Source of the DNA: Patescibacteria group bacterium
GTDB lineage: Bacteria; Patescibacteriota; JAQUNI01
Direction: 5' to 3'
Length of the DNA stretch: 64,000 nt
Assembly (NCBI GenBank): GCA_028717685.1
Contig: JAQUNI010000002.1
Location: 71,903-135,902, forward strand
In this document: piece after piece, positions 48,683-58,766 of the stretch
How positions within the stretch are numbered: position 1 is the stretch's first letter
Layout of the letters: the number at the start of each line of letters is the position of its first letter
Notes under the pieces: generated by a model
What the model saw: the letters and a program-made list of their open reading frames with translations, nothing else
Database searches by the model: none
Told to the model about the DNA's origin: nothing
Position numbers and translations under genes: made by a program

Positions 48683-49348
48683 ATGGGACAAAAAGTTTCA
48701 CCTACTGCGCTACGGTTAGGCTATCTTTATTCTTGGAAGTCTAAGTGGGTAGCGAATAAAAAGAATTACCGAAAATTTCTTGAGGAAGATATCCGTCTGC
48801 GCAATTATATAATGGAAAAATTAAAAGAGATGGGTATTGCCCGCGTTGAGATTGAACGTTCGGCGAATTTGATTAATATCATCATTTTAACTTCGCGTCC
48901 GGGTATGATTATCGGTCGTGGGGGTACGGGTGTTGAGGATTTGAAAAAGGAATTAGCAAAGTTTACCGGGAATAAATCTTTTAAGGTCACGATTGAAGAA
49001 ACCAAAAATCCAGAAGCTAATGCTCAACTTGTGGCGCGGACAATCGCCGAAGCACTAGAGAAAAGGATTCCTTTTCGGCGTGTTGTGAAACAATCTTTGG
49101 AAAGGGTGAAAGAGAATCGGGGAGTTTATGGCGTGAAGATTATGGTGGCAGGGCGTTTGAATGGGGCGACAATGAAGCGGCGCGAGTGGGTTGCCTGGGG
49201 ACAAATCCCATTACATAATTTGAGAGCGGATATTGATTTTGCCCAAGATATTTCCAAAACCACTTATGGAATTATCGGGATCAAGGTTTGGATTTACAAG
49301 GGAGAAGTTTTTGAACAAAAGAAGGAAGACAAAGCAACCAGTAATTAA
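48683..49348 (+). CDS. rpsC: 30S ribosomal protein S3
   Basis: [15 protein letters not shown] domain. Confidence 0.95.
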   Translation: MGQKVSPTALRLGYLYSWKSKWVANKKNYRKFLEEDIRLRNYIMEKLKEMGIARVEIERSANLINIIILTSRPGMIIGRGGTGVEDLKKELAKFTGNKSFKVTIEETKNPEANAQLVARTIAEALEKRIPFRRVVKQSLERVKENRGVYGVKIMVAGRLNGATMKRREWVAWGQIPLHNLRADIDFAQDISKTTYGIIGIKVWIYKGEVFEQKKEDKATSN

Positions 49349-49350
49349 AT

Positions 49351-49755
49351 ATGTTAATTCCTAAAAAGGTAAAACATCGTAAACATCAACGCGGACGTCT
49401 CGCGGGTAAGGCTAAAGGGGGAGATTTTCTTGCCTTTGGCGCTTTTGGTTTAAAGGCGCAGGAGAGTGTTTGGCTTACGTCTCGTCAGATTGAAGCAGCG
49501 CGGCGAGCGATGACTAGGTTTGTCCAGAGGGGGGGCAAGATTTGGATTAGGGTGTTTCCAGATAAGGCTGTGACTAAAAAGGCAGCGGAAGTAGGAATGG
49601 GCGGTGGCAAGGGAGCAGTGGATCACTTTGTCGCCGTCGTCAAACGGGGGCGGATTATTTTTGAAATGGATGGCGTGCCATTGAAGATTGCTCGGGAGGC
49701 TATGCGCTTGGCTAGCCATAAACTGCCTATTAAAACTAAATTCGTGCAGGATTAA
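49351..49755 (+). CDS. rplP: 50S ribosomal protein L16
   Basis: [16 protein letters not shown]. Confidence 0.95.
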   Translation: MLIPKKVKHRKHQRGRLAGKAKGGDFLAFGAFGLKAQESVWLTSRQIEAARRAMTRFVQRGGKIWIRVFPDKAVTKKAAEVGMGGGKGAVDHFVAVVKRGRIIFEMDGVPLKIAREAMRLASHKLPIKTKFVQD

Positions 49756-49773
49756 CCCCACTTAATAAATTTT

Positions 49774-49977
49774 ATGGAAATGAAAGAATTAAAGCAAAAG
49801 AGCATATCAGAATTACAACATGAGCTTGCTTTTCAGAGAGACGAAATGCGAGAGTTTAATTTCAAGTTGGTCCAGGGCGAGGTGAAAAATGTGCGCGCTT
49901 TGCGCAAGGTGAAAAAGGAGATTGCGCGAATTTTAACCCTTTTGAATATTCGCAGAAAAATTAATGGTTCGGCATAG
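49774..49977 (+). CDS. rpmC: 50S ribosomal protein L29
   Basis: ELKQKSISELQHELAFQRDEMREFNFKL. Confidence 0.9.
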   Translation: MEMKELKQKSISELQHELAFQRDEMREFNFKLVQGEVKNVRALRKVKKEIARILTLLNIRRKINGSA

Positions 49978-50040
49978 CACTTCGGCCATGAGGGCTTTGA
50001 CTGAGCTCAGCCAAATGTCCTTAGTGCCGAATGGCTCACC
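49965..50040. repeat. ~75-bp repeat, copy 2
   Basis: ~95% identical to 45786-45861. Overlaps the rpmC stop. Confidence 0.75.
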
Positions 50041-50089
50041 ATTAATCCTTAAGTTTTGCCGAAGGATTAAGCCTTAAATATGCATTATT

Positions 50090-50341
50090 ATGGAAGGTAA
50101 AAAAATAATTAAGCGGATTCTTCAGGGGATCGTTGTTTCGGATAAAATGAATAAAACCAGAGTGGTTGCCGTGGTTCGCACCAAGACCCATTCTAAATAT
50201 CTTAAAAGATATAAGGCGACTCGAAGATATAAGGCGCACGATGAAAAGAATGAGTATCATACGGGAGACAAAGTAATTATTGAAGAGTGCCGACCTCTTT
50301 CACGGGAGAAACGATGGCGGGTGATTAATAAACTCACCTAA
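50090..50341 (+). CDS. rpsQ: 30S ribosomal protein S17
   Basis: GIVVSDKMNKTRVVAVVR ... HDEKNEYHTGDKVIIEECRPLSREKRW. Confidence 0.9.
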   Translation: MEGKKIIKRILQGIVVSDKMNKTRVVAVVRTKTHSKYLKRYKATRRYKAHDEKNEYHTGDKVIIEECRPLSREKRWRVINKLT

Positions 50342-50437
50342 ATTATCATTGTTCAATTGTTTTATTGTCTTGTCCGATTGTGTTTATGGATCAAAATTGA
50401 TCAGAAAAACAATCGAACAATTGAGCAATAGAATTTT

Positions 50438-50812
50438 ATGATCCAGGAACAGACTCGTTTAAAAGTCGCCGATAACACTGGCGCGAGGATAATTAAATGC
50501 ATTAAAGTTTTAGGCGGCTCGTGGCGCCGATTTGGTCGTTTGGGCGATGTGATCATCGCGAGCGTGAAGGTCGCGTTTCCCCATGGCACCGTAAAGGAGC
50601 ATGCCAAGGTTTACGCGGTGATTGTGCGTCAGAGAAAGGAATATCGTCGCGAAGACGGATCTTATATTCGTTTTGATGATAATGCCGCCGTGATTTTACA
50701 GAGCAGAGAGAGCAAGGATCCTTTGGGAACACGGATTTTCGGGCCGATTCCTCGGGAACTCAGAGAGCGTGGTTTTAATAAAATTATTTCTTTAGCCAAA
50801 GAAGTTTTGTAG
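50438..50812 (+). CDS. rplN: 50S ribosomal protein L14
   Basis: [17 protein letters not shown]. Confidence 0.95.
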   Translation: MIQEQTRLKVADNTGARIIKCIKVLGGSWRRFGRLGDVIIASVKVAFPHGTVKEHAKVYAVIVRQRKEYRREDGSYIRFDDNAAVILQSRESKDPLGTRIFGPIPRELRERGFNKIISLAKEVL

Positions 50813-50821
50813 CATAATATT

Positions 50822-51130
50822 ATGAGGCTTAAAAAAGGTGATAATATCATTGTGACGAGCGGCAAGGACCGCGGCAAGAAAGGAAAAATTGTGCGCATTT
50901 TTCCGCAAAGAGATAAGATTATTGTGGAGGGCGCAAATCTTGTGATTCGGTATACGCGGCCTAAAAAGCAGGGCGAAAAAGGGCAACGCGTGGAGGTCAA
51001 CGCGCCGATTCATATTTCTAACGCGAAATTGATTTGTCCAAAGTGCGGCAAGGGGACAAGGGTGGGCGTAAAAATTTCACCGCAAGGTAAAAAAAGGTTG
51101 TGTAAAAAATGCGGAGAAGCCTTCTTATAA
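50822..51130 (+). CDS. rplX: 50S ribosomal protein L24
   Basis: KKGDNIIVTSGKDRGKKGKI (KOW). Confidence 0.9.
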   Translation: MRLKKGDNIIVTSGKDRGKKGKIVRIFPQRDKIIVEGANLVIRYTRPKKQGEKGQRVEVNAPIHISNAKLICPKCGKGTRVGVKISPQGKKRLCKKCGEAFL

Positions 51131-51153
51131 AGACGCATCAGAAATTTAAATCT

Positions 51154-51702
51154 ATGACGCGATTAAGCAAAAAATACAGGGAAGAAGTAATTTTGAAAAT
51201 GAAGGAATTTTTTGATTATAAGAATAATCTGGCAATACCTAAAGTGGATAAGGTAACTATTAATATCGGCACTTCCCGCGCCATTAAAGAACCTAAGCTT
51301 TTGGATATTATGCAAGAAAATCTAGCCAATATCGCCGGACAAAAGCCAGTATTGAGATATGCTCGCAAGTCTGTCTCCGGTTTTAACGTGAAAGAAGGAA
51401 TGGTGGTGGGGCTAAAAGTGACCCTGCGGGGAAAGAGGATGGAAGAATTTTTAGACAAGTTAATTAATATTACCTTGCCGCGGGTGAGGGACTTTCGGGG
51501 GCTGTCTGTCGAGTCTTTTGATAAACAGGGAAATTTGACTATTGGTTTTAAGGAATGTTCGGTTTTTCCGGAGATTGATCCAAATAAAGCGGAAATGATT
51601 CATGGTTTAGAGGTTTGTATCAGCACTACCGCTCGAACGCGCGAAGAAGGGATTAAATTATTAAAGCTATTGGGTTTTCCTCTGGTAGAAAAAGAATCTT
51701 AA
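51154..51702 (+). CDS. rplE: 50S ribosomal protein L5
   Basis: MTRLSKKYREEVILKMKEFFDYKNNLAIPKVDKVTINIG. Confidence 0.9.
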   Translation: MTRLSKKYREEVILKMKEFFDYKNNLAIPKVDKVTINIGTSRAIKEPKLLDIMQENLANIAGQKPVLRYARKSVSGFNVKEGMVVGLKVTLRGKRMEEFLDKLINITLPRVRDFRGLSVESFDKQGNLTIGFKECSVFPEIDPNKAEMIHGLEVCISTTARTREEGIKLLKLLGFPLVEKES

Positions 51703-51800
51703 TCATTTGAAACTTAAAATGTTAAGCATGGGGTTTGCCTGCGAGATGATTATGGTATATGGCAATTATGCATTTTAGGTTTCATATTTTAACGAAGTAT

Positions 51801-51986
51801 ATGGCGAAAAAATCTTGGATCGCTAAAGCAAAAAGGAAACCAAAGTTTAAGACGCGTGTCGTGAGACGTTGTTGGCGTTGCGGTCGGAGACGGGGGTATA
51901 TGCGCGATTTTGGCTTATGCCGGATTTGCTTTAGGGAATTAGCGAATAAAGGAGAGATTCCGGGGATCCGTAAGGCCTCTTGGTAA
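51801..51986 (+). CDS. rpsZ: 30S ribosomal protein S14 type Z (zinc-binding)
   Basis: [16 protein letters not shown] ... [20 protein letters not shown]. Confidence 0.85.
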   Translation: MAKKSWIAKAKRKPKFKTRVVRRCWRCGRRRGYMRDFGLCRICFRELANKGEIPGIRKASW

Positions 51987-52021
51987 TAAAATTAATTTTT
52001 AATTTTAAGTTTTTAACTATA

Positions 52022-52414
52022 ATGACCGACCCTATAGCTGACCTATTTACTAAAATTCGCAACGCCCTTGCCGCTTCCAGAAAAGAAGTGATTTTAGTGT
52101 CTTCCAAAATGAAGCTCGCGATTGCGGAAATTTTAAAGAGGGAAGGTTATATTACAGATTATGTCACAGAAAATGGTTCTGTCTTTGAAAAATTAAGAAT
52201 AATTTTGAAATATACTGAAGGGAATAAACCGGCAGTTAAAGAGATAGCGCGGGTGAGTAAGCCGGGCCGCCGCATTTATCAAAACTACAAAGATTTAAAA
52301 GCAGTAAAAGGGGGCTTGGGAATCGCGATTGTTTCCACATCGCAGGGTTTAATGACGAGTCGGGAGGCGAGGAAGAAAAGGCTGGGCGGGGAAGTGATCT
52401 GCGAAATATTTTGA
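52022..52414 (+). CDS. rpsH: 30S ribosomal protein S8
   Basis: MTDPIADLFTKIRNA. Confidence 0.9.
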   Translation: MTDPIADLFTKIRNALAASRKEVILVSSKMKLAIAEILKREGYITDYVTENGSVFEKLRIILKYTEGNKPAVKEIARVSKPGRRIYQNYKDLKAVKGGLGIAIVSTSQGLMTSREARKKRLGGEVICEIF

Positions 52415-52490
52415 AAAGGTAGGGCGAAAAGCGTAAAACAACAATATTTAGGTTTTGCACTTTGCGCTTTACACTTTTAGCTTTATTTTT

Positions 52491-53048
52491 ATGTCTCGCG
52501 TGGGTAAAAAATTTATTCTTGTTCCGGAAGGAGTGGAGGTGAATGTTCAAGATAACCATCTGAATATTAAAGGGCCTAGAGGATTTTTAGAGTTAGATTA
52601 TGATTCTCGCTTGAAAGTGGAGAAGCAAGAGAATATGATTTCTGTTTTACGGCGCAATCCCAAGGATAGAGCAAGGCAAACCAAGGCTCTTTGGGGATTG
52701 ACGCGTAATTTGATTAATAATATTATTCTGGGTGTTTCAGAGGGTTTTAAGAAGAAACTGGAAATTCAGGGAGTGGGTTATCGGGCGAATGTTCAGGACA
52801 AGAAGTTAGTTTTAGATTTAGGTTTTTCCCATGCCGCGGAATACCCCATACCCGACGGCATTGAAATCAAGGTAGAGAAGAATATTGTTTCTGTGTCTGG
52901 CATTGATAAACAAGAGGTAGGACAGGTTGCGGCGGAAATTAGGTTTTTGCGCCCGCCTGAGCCTTATAAAGGGAAAGGCATTCGTTATATGGATGAATAT
53001 GTGCGCCGTAAGGTTGGCAAGAAAGCGACTACAGAGGGCAGCAAATAA
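52491..53048 (+). CDS. rplF: 50S ribosomal protein L6
   Basis: MSRVGKKFILVPEGVEV. Confidence 0.9.
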   Translation: MSRVGKKFILVPEGVEVNVQDNHLNIKGPRGFLELDYDSRLKVEKQENMISVLRRNPKDRARQTKALWGLTRNLINNIILGVSEGFKKKLEIQGVGYRANVQDKKLVLDLGFSHAAEYPIPDGIEIKVEKNIVSVSGIDKQEVGQVAAEIRFLRPPEPYKGKGIRYMDEYVRRKVGKKATTEGSK

Positions 53049-53133
53049 ACCCCAAAAAGCTAATGCTTTTTGGGGGATCCCGCTGCCTTCTGGAATAATT
53101 GGATTATTTAAAAATTTATTTTAAGCGCACGCT

Positions 53134-53538
53134 ATGCGGATTAAAGAAAAAAGAGAAAAATTATATCGGCGCCGGATGCGCGTTCGGGCAAAAGTTAAAG
53201 GGACGAGCAAAGTGCCCCGTCTTTCGGTTTATCGCAGTCTGAAGCATATTTACGCTCAAATTATTAATGATGAGAAGGGAATAACCTTAATAAGCGCGAG
53301 TGATCGGGAGGCGAACGTGGACGTCAAGATAGAAAAGAAGAGCAAAGCGAAGGAACAGACAGAGAACAATCAATTTTCAAAAGGATTGATATTGGCTTTT
53401 GCCGTTGGCAAGCTTGTTGCTGAAAAGACTTTAAAGAAAAAAATTAAAAGAGTAGTCTTTGATCGTGGCGGGAGAGTTTATCATGGACAAATTAAGGCTG
53501 TAGCCGAAGGAGCGCGCGCCGGAGGTTTAAAATTTTAA
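53134..53538 (+). CDS. rplR: 50S ribosomal protein L18
   Basis: [18 protein letters not shown]. Confidence 0.9.
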   Translation: MRIKEKREKLYRRRMRVRAKVKGTSKVPRLSVYRSLKHIYAQIINDEKGITLISASDREANVDVKIEKKSKAKEQTENNQFSKGLILAFAVGKLVAEKTLKKKIKRVVFDRGGRVYHGQIKAVAEGARAGGLKF

Positions 53539-53544
53539 ATAGAT

Positions 53545-54147
53545 ATGGCAAAAAGTTTCAACAAAAGAACATCTCAAAGAATCCCAAAAGAGTATGAACA
53601 AAAACTCGTTGATTTAGCGCGGGTTACCAGGGTTGTAGCCGGGGGAAGACGTTTTAGATTTCGCGCCACGGTAGTGATTGGCAATAAGAAGGGGACAGTA
53701 GGAATGGGCGTAGCTAAAGGGGCGGATGTCTCAACAGCCGTGGAGAAAGCGGTTAAGCGGGCGCAAAAGAATTTAATCAATATTCCATTTTCCGGGAGCA
53801 CCATTCCTCATGAGATAGAGGTGAAATATAAGGGAGCGCGGGTTCTGTTAAAACCGGCTCGGGAAGGAACAGGGGTTATTGCTGGCGGTTCTATCCGGGC
53901 TGTAGTAGAGTTGGCAGGAATAAGGGATATCTTAAGCAAGATGTTAGGCAGTCAGAATAAAATCAGCAACGTACGGGCAACACTGCAAGCTTTACAGAAT
54001 TTGGAGACAGCGGACGATATTTTAAAAAGAAGAGGGAAGGAAAGAAGTCCTCAAAATGGAGCCCTTCTCCAGCCCCTCGCGAAGGGCTGGATTCGCGAAG
54101 CCAGCCTCTCCAATCCGAAGAAAGACTCCAAAAAGGCAAAAGAATAA
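53545..54147 (+). CDS. rpsE: 30S ribosomal protein S5 (C-terminal extension)
   Basis: VTRVVAGGRRFRFRATVVIGNKKG. Confidence 0.9.
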   Translation: MAKSFNKRTSQRIPKEYEQKLVDLARVTRVVAGGRRFRFRATVVIGNKKGTVGMGVAKGADVSTAVEKAVKRAQKNLINIPFSGSTIPHEIEVKYKGARVLLKPAREGTGVIAGGSIRAVVELAGIRDILSKMLGSQNKISNVRATLQALQNLETADDILKRRGKERSPQNGALLQPLAKGWIREASLSNPKKDSKKAKE

Positions 54148-54203
54148 TTAAGAAGCGCGTATTGGCGCCTCATTTATCCAGGATGTAATTAAAAGTTATT
54201 TTT

Positions 54204-54746
54204 TTGGTTATGCAGAAGAAAGTTCTAATTATTGTTTCTCCGCGCGATTTTAGAGATGAAGAGTATTTTATCCCGAAGGGTCTTTTTGAAAAGGCAGCCT
54301 TGACCGTAGATACAGCAAGCACGGCTTTAGGTATTGCTTACGGGGTGATGGGGGGCGAGGCGGAAGTGAATCTCCTTTTGGAAAAAGTGGAAGTCAAGGA
54401 TTATGCCGCGGTTGTGTTTATCGGCGGTCCGGGAGCGAGCAGCTATTTCGATCACCCTGAAGTTCATCGAATCGCCCAAGAAGCGGCAAAGATGAAGATG
54501 GTTTTAGCCGCAATTTGTATCGCGCCGGTGATTCTGGCGAGGAGCGGAGTGCTGGCGGGAAGGCGCGCTACTGTCTGGACTTCAGCATTAGACAAAAGCG
54601 CGGTGCGGGATTTAGAGCGGGGAGAGGCTACTTATTCGGCTGAAGAACTGGTGGCAGATGATAATATCTTTACTGCTCAAGGTCCGGCTGCAGCTTCCGA
54701 GTTTGCCGCGGCGATAATCCGTAAATTACAATCTTCTAATTTATAA
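54204..54746 (+). CDS. DJ-1/PfpI family protein
   Basis: VVFIGGPGA ... LAAICIAPVILARSGVLAGRRATVW with the nucleophile-elbow Cys. Inserted between rpsE and rplO where rpmD (L30) normally lies. Confidence 0.7.
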   Translation: MVMQKKVLIIVSPRDFRDEEYFIPKGLFEKAALTVDTASTALGIAYGVMGGEAEVNLLLEKVEVKDYAAVVFIGGPGASSYFDHPEVHRIAQEAAKMKMVLAAICIAPVILARSGVLAGRRATVWTSALDKSAVRDLERGEATYSAEELVADDNIFTAQGPAAASEFAAAIIRKLQSSNL

Positions 54747-54758
54747 TTTTTAAGTTTT

Positions 54759-55205
54759 ATGCCTTTAAATTTGCATAGTTTAAAATCTACTCCTCATAGT
54801 AAGAAAAAGCGCGTAGGTCGCGGCAATGCCTCGGGACACGGCACCTATAGCACGCGGGGAATGAAGGGGCAGCGGGCGCGTTCAGGGGGAAGGCCGCGTC
54901 CCGCTTTTGGTTCACATCTCGCTCACCATTTGCCTAAAATGATAGGATTTAAATCTCAAGTCCCTAAGATGAATATTGTGAATCTTCAAGACATCAATCG
55001 TTTTTTCCAAGACGGAGCGTTGGTTAATCCTCGCACATTGCTGAAAGCCAAATTAGTTGATAATATTAAAAGAGGAGTGAAAATTTTAGGACAAGGGGAA
55101 CTAAAATTGAAGAATCTTAAAGTAGAGGGGTGTCATTTCTCCGCATCGGCGAAAATACAGATTGAGAAAAAGGGAGGGAAAATAAAAAACAAAATTTCTA
55201 ATTAA
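54759..55205 (+). CDS. rplO: 50S ribosomal protein L15
   Basis: KKKRVGRGNASGHGTYSTRGMKGQ. Confidence 0.9.
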   Translation: MPLNLHSLKSTPHSKKKRVGRGNASGHGTYSTRGMKGQRARSGGRPRPAFGSHLAHHLPKMIGFKSQVPKMNIVNLQDINRFFQDGALVNPRTLLKAKLVDNIKRGVKILGQGELKLKNLKVEGCHFSASAKIQIEKKGGKIKNKISN

Positions 55206-55403
55206 CCTATAACAAAATTATTCTAATTAACCTAATTATTCTAATTATTCTAAATAAATCTCCAATGACCAATGTCTAAAAATTAATTTTAGTCATTGGA
55301 ATTTAGTCATTGGTCATTTCTTAGGTTAATTAGGTCAATTAGAATAATTAGAATAATTTTTACTCTGGGTCAATTAGAGCAGTCAGATATTTTTCTTTAT
55401 TTT

Positions 55404-56687
55404 ATGGCTAACAACTGGGAAAAATTGATTTCCATATTTAAAATTCGTGATTTGCGCAAGAAGATTTTTTTTGTCTTAGGCATGCTCGTGCTTTTTCGGG
55501 TCGCCGCGCATATTCCTGTCCCCGGGGTTGATGTGGAGGCGCTGCGCCAATTTTTTACCGGGAACCAGTTTTTTGGTTTATTGGACATTTTTTCCGGTGG
55601 CGGATTGTCCAATTTTTCCGTGGTGATGCTGGGAGTAGGCCCTTATATTACCGCCTCTATCGTTTTCCAACTCCTCACAATGATTATCCCCAGGCTTGAG
55701 GAATTAGCCAAAGAGGGAGAGAGCGGAAGGCAGAAAATTAACCAATGGACCCGTTATTTAACCGTGCCGCTTGCCCTTCTGCAGACTTATAGCACAATTA
55801 ATCTTCTTAATCGCGGAGGGAGAATGATTATTACCGATGTTTCTCCTTTGAATATAGCGACCATAGTCTTGACCGTCACAGCGGGTACATTATTTTTAAT
55901 GTGGATTGGGGAATTGATTTCCGAGAAGGGGATTGGCAATGGTGTCTCTTTAATTATTTTCGCGGGTATCGTAGCGCGTATCCCTAGCGACATCGTCCGC
56001 ACTTTCAAGGTTTTTGACACTTCTCAAATGATTAACCTTGTTGTTTTTTTAGGGATTGCCATTTTAGTAATCGGAGGAATTGTGTTTGTAACGGAGGGAC
56101 AGCGTAATATTCCAGTCGCTTACGCGAAAAGAGTGCGAGGAATGCGGATGTATGGCGGCACTTCCACCCATCTTCCTTTACGGGTAAATCAAGCGGGCGT
56201 AATCCCAATTATTTTTGCTCTTTCTATTATGCTTTTTCCGGGTATGATCGCGAATTTTTTGGTTGGCTCTGGTGTTCTCTGGCTTTCTCATTTTGCGCAG
56301 AGCATCGCTAATCTTTTTCAAAACCAGATTTTCTACGGCAGCCTTTATTTTGTTATGGTCATTCTCTTTACTTATTTTTACACTGCGGTTACTTTTAACC
56401 CTCCCCAGATTGCGGAGAATATTCAAAAACAAGGCGGCTTTGTGCCGGGGATTAGGCCCGGAAGGGCTACCGCGGAGTATCTCCATAAGGTTTTAAATCG
56501 CATTACCTTGGCAGGGGCGTTTTTCTTAGGTTTTGTCGCCATTTTGCCGTTTATTGCCCAAAGTCTTACCAAAATCCAGACCTTAACTATTGGAGGGACG
56601 GGAATTTTGATTGTGGTGAGCGTGGTTTTAGAAACAATGAAACAGATTCGCAGCCAGATGCAGATGAGGGATTATGACGCGTTTTAA
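55404..56687 (+). CDS. secY: preprotein translocase subunit SecY
   Basis: 10-TM protein, MANNWEKLISIFKIRDLRKKIFF. The track N-terminal extension runs into the palindromic spacer. Confidence 0.9.
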   Translation: MANNWEKLISIFKIRDLRKKIFFVLGMLVLFRVAAHIPVPGVDVEALRQFFTGNQFFGLLDIFSGGGLSNFSVVMLGVGPYITASIVFQLLTMIIPRLEELAKEGESGRQKINQWTRYLTVPLALLQTYSTINLLNRGGRMIITDVSPLNIATIVLTVTAGTLFLMWIGELISEKGIGNGVSLIIFAGIVARIPSDIVRTFKVFDTSQMINLVVFLGIAILVIGGIVFVTEGQRNIPVAYAKRVRGMRMYGGTSTHLPLRVNQAGVIPIIFALSIMLFPGMIANFLVGSGVLWLSHFAQSIANLFQNQIFYGSLYFVMVILFTYFYTAVTFNPPQIAENIQKQGGFVPGIRPGRATAEYLHKVLNRITLAGAFFLGFVAILPFIAQSLTKIQTLTIGGTGILIVVSVVLETMKQIRSQMQMRDYDAF

Positions 56688-56767
56688 ATTTCCACGCCGA
56701 CTTGGCAGGCGGTTATACGGAGACGCATAATAATGCATTTTTATTATGGGAATAAACAAGTTTATTT

Positions 56768-57418
56768 ATGTTAAATATTATCATCACCGGTCCGCAAGGC
56801 TCGGGCAAGGGAACACAAGCGAAACTTTTGGCGAAAAGATATAATTTAGAACACATTGAAGCGGGGAAGCTTTTACGCGATTTAGTGAAGATGGGCAATC
56901 CGGCAGGGCAGAAAATTAATCCCTATCTTTTACGAGGCACTCTCGTGCCCACGCGTATTTTGATTGAGGAGGTTCTAAAACCAAGATTAAGTAAAGTACC
57001 TTCGGAAAAAGGCTTGGTTTTTGACGGGATTCCCCGCCGTCTGCGTGAAGCGAAAGCCTTGGAAGAAATTCTTGCCTCCTTAGGGAGAAAAATTAGCTAT
57101 GTGTTCTATATAGAGATATCCGAGAAAGAGACATACAAACGTTTAGGCAAACGATTGACTTGCAAGGGGTGTAGCCGATCCTTTATTTTAGGCGTAGATG
57201 TCGCAGATCCCAAGGAGCAATGTCCTCATTGCGGCAGTGTTTTATACCAAAGGGAGGATGACACAGAAGCGGCGATTAGAAAGCGCCTGGAGATTTTTAA
57301 ATGTGACACAATACCTGTTATTGAGTATTTTCGGAAAAAGAATCTTGTAACTCGGATTAATGGTGAGCAATCTATTAAAAAAGTACACGAGGATATTATA
57401 GCTGTAATTGGTAAGTGA
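56768..57418 (+). CDS. adk: adenylate kinase (zinc-lid type)
   Basis: GPQGSGKGTQA; CKGCSRSF...CPHCG lid. Confidence 0.9.
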   Translation: MLNIIITGPQGSGKGTQAKLLAKRYNLEHIEAGKLLRDLVKMGNPAGQKINPYLLRGTLVPTRILIEEVLKPRLSKVPSEKGLVFDGIPRRLREAKALEEILASLGRKISYVFYIEISEKETYKRLGKRLTCKGCSRSFILGVDVADPKEQCPHCGSVLYQREDDTEAAIRKRLEIFKCDTIPVIEYFRKKNLVTRINGEQSIKKVHEDIIAVIGK

Positions 57419-57454
57419 GCAACGGATATTTTTGCCTATTACTAATTATTATCA

Positions 57455-58204
57455 TTGATGTTTAGTTTGAAGAATCCGGAGGAGATTCGGATTATGCGTG
57501 AAGGAGGAATAATTCTCGCACGCATTTTAAAAAAAATAAGTCGTGAAACGCGAGCCGGCGTTAGCGCCATTTATTTAAATGAGCTTGCGGAATCTGAAAT
57601 TAAGAAAGAGGGAGGAGAGCCTGCCTTTAAAAATTATGAGGGTTTTCCGGCATCGCTTTGTGTTTCCGTAAACAGCGAGGTAGTGCATGGCGTGCCTCAA
57701 GGCAAAGTCATTCGGAAGGGAGACGTGGTTGGTCTGGATTTGGGGTTGAAATACAAGAGTTTACACACAGATGCCGCCGTGACTGTGGTTGTGGGAGAGG
57801 CGAGCAGAGAAATTCAAAAATTCGTGCAGGATTGCCGCCAAGCGCTTTATTTAGGCATTAGGCAGGTAAAAAGCGGTCATCATATCGGTGATATTTCTTC
57901 AGCGGTTCAGAGCTTTGTGGAACAAAACGGGTATTCCGTGGTGAGACAATTAGTGGGCCATGGAATTGGCTACCAAGTTCATGAGGAGCCACGCGTTCCT
58001 AATTATGGAGAGAAGGGCAAGGGTCTGCTCTTGTGTACCGGCATGACTTTTTGCATTGAACCAATGATTAATATGGGAGAAGCGCAAGTGGAAATAAAAG
58101 AGGATGGCCACACCTTTCGGACTGCGGATAGGAGTTTATCGGCGCATTTTGAACACACCGTGGCGATTACAGATAGGGGGTGTCTCATTTTAACAGAAGA
58201 CTAG
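57455..58204 (+). CDS. map: type I methionine aminopeptidase
   Basis: Pita-bread fold motifs: DLGLKYKSLHTDAAVT, HGIGYQVHEEP, FCIEP. Confidence 0.9.
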   Translation: MMFSLKNPEEIRIMREGGIILARILKKISRETRAGVSAIYLNELAESEIKKEGGEPAFKNYEGFPASLCVSVNSEVVHGVPQGKVIRKGDVVGLDLGLKYKSLHTDAAVTVVVGEASREIQKFVQDCRQALYLGIRQVKSGHHIGDISSAVQSFVEQNGYSVVRQLVGHGIGYQVHEEPRVPNYGEKGKGLLLCTGMTFCIEPMINMGEAQVEIKEDGHTFRTADRSLSAHFEHTVAITDRGCLILTED

Positions 58205-58319
58205 CATTCTCCAAAAGAGCGTTTTTAGCTATTTTAGTTATTGTTCGATTGATCGATTGTTCAATTGTTGGCGCAGACTGTTATTTTTTTCAGCAACAGA
58301 GCAATCAAACAATTGAACA

Positions 58320-58724
58320 ATGGAATATATGTCTATTCTCGGTTTAGATTATGGCGAGAAGCGCGTTGGTTTAGCTATTAGCGACCCGGAAGATCGGATT
58401 GCCTTAAAATATAAAACCATTCTTTTAGAAGACGCAAGAGAGCTTTTATTAGAAGAATTGAAAAAAGTTTGCCAAGAAGAAGAGGTAAAGCGCGTTGTTA
58501 TCGGTTTGCCGATTTCTTTATCTGGTCAGGATTCAAAACAAACAAAAGCCGTGCGTGAATTCGCGGAATATGTTAGAATGAAATTAAACTTAGATGTTCA
58601 ATTGGAGGATGAACGTTTAACGAGCGTGGAAGCGGAAAGAACGCAGGCGAAGGACATAGATGAAGAGAGCGCGCGTTTAATTTTACAAACCTATTTAGAC
58701 AGACGAAAAAAATTTCGCAGATAA
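58320..58724 (+). CDS. ruvX: Holliday junction resolvase-like nuclease YqgF/RuvX
   Basis: ILGLDYGEKRVGLAISD. Confidence 0.8.
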   Translation: MEYMSILGLDYGEKRVGLAISDPEDRIALKYKTILLEDARELLLEELKKVCQEEEVKRVVIGLPISLSGQDSKQTKAVREFAEYVRMKLNLDVQLEDERLTSVEAERTQAKDIDEESARLILQTYLDRRKKFRR

Positions 58725-58766
58725 ATTTTCTCCTTGTTAGCTTTATATTAACTAATTTTTTGTTTT

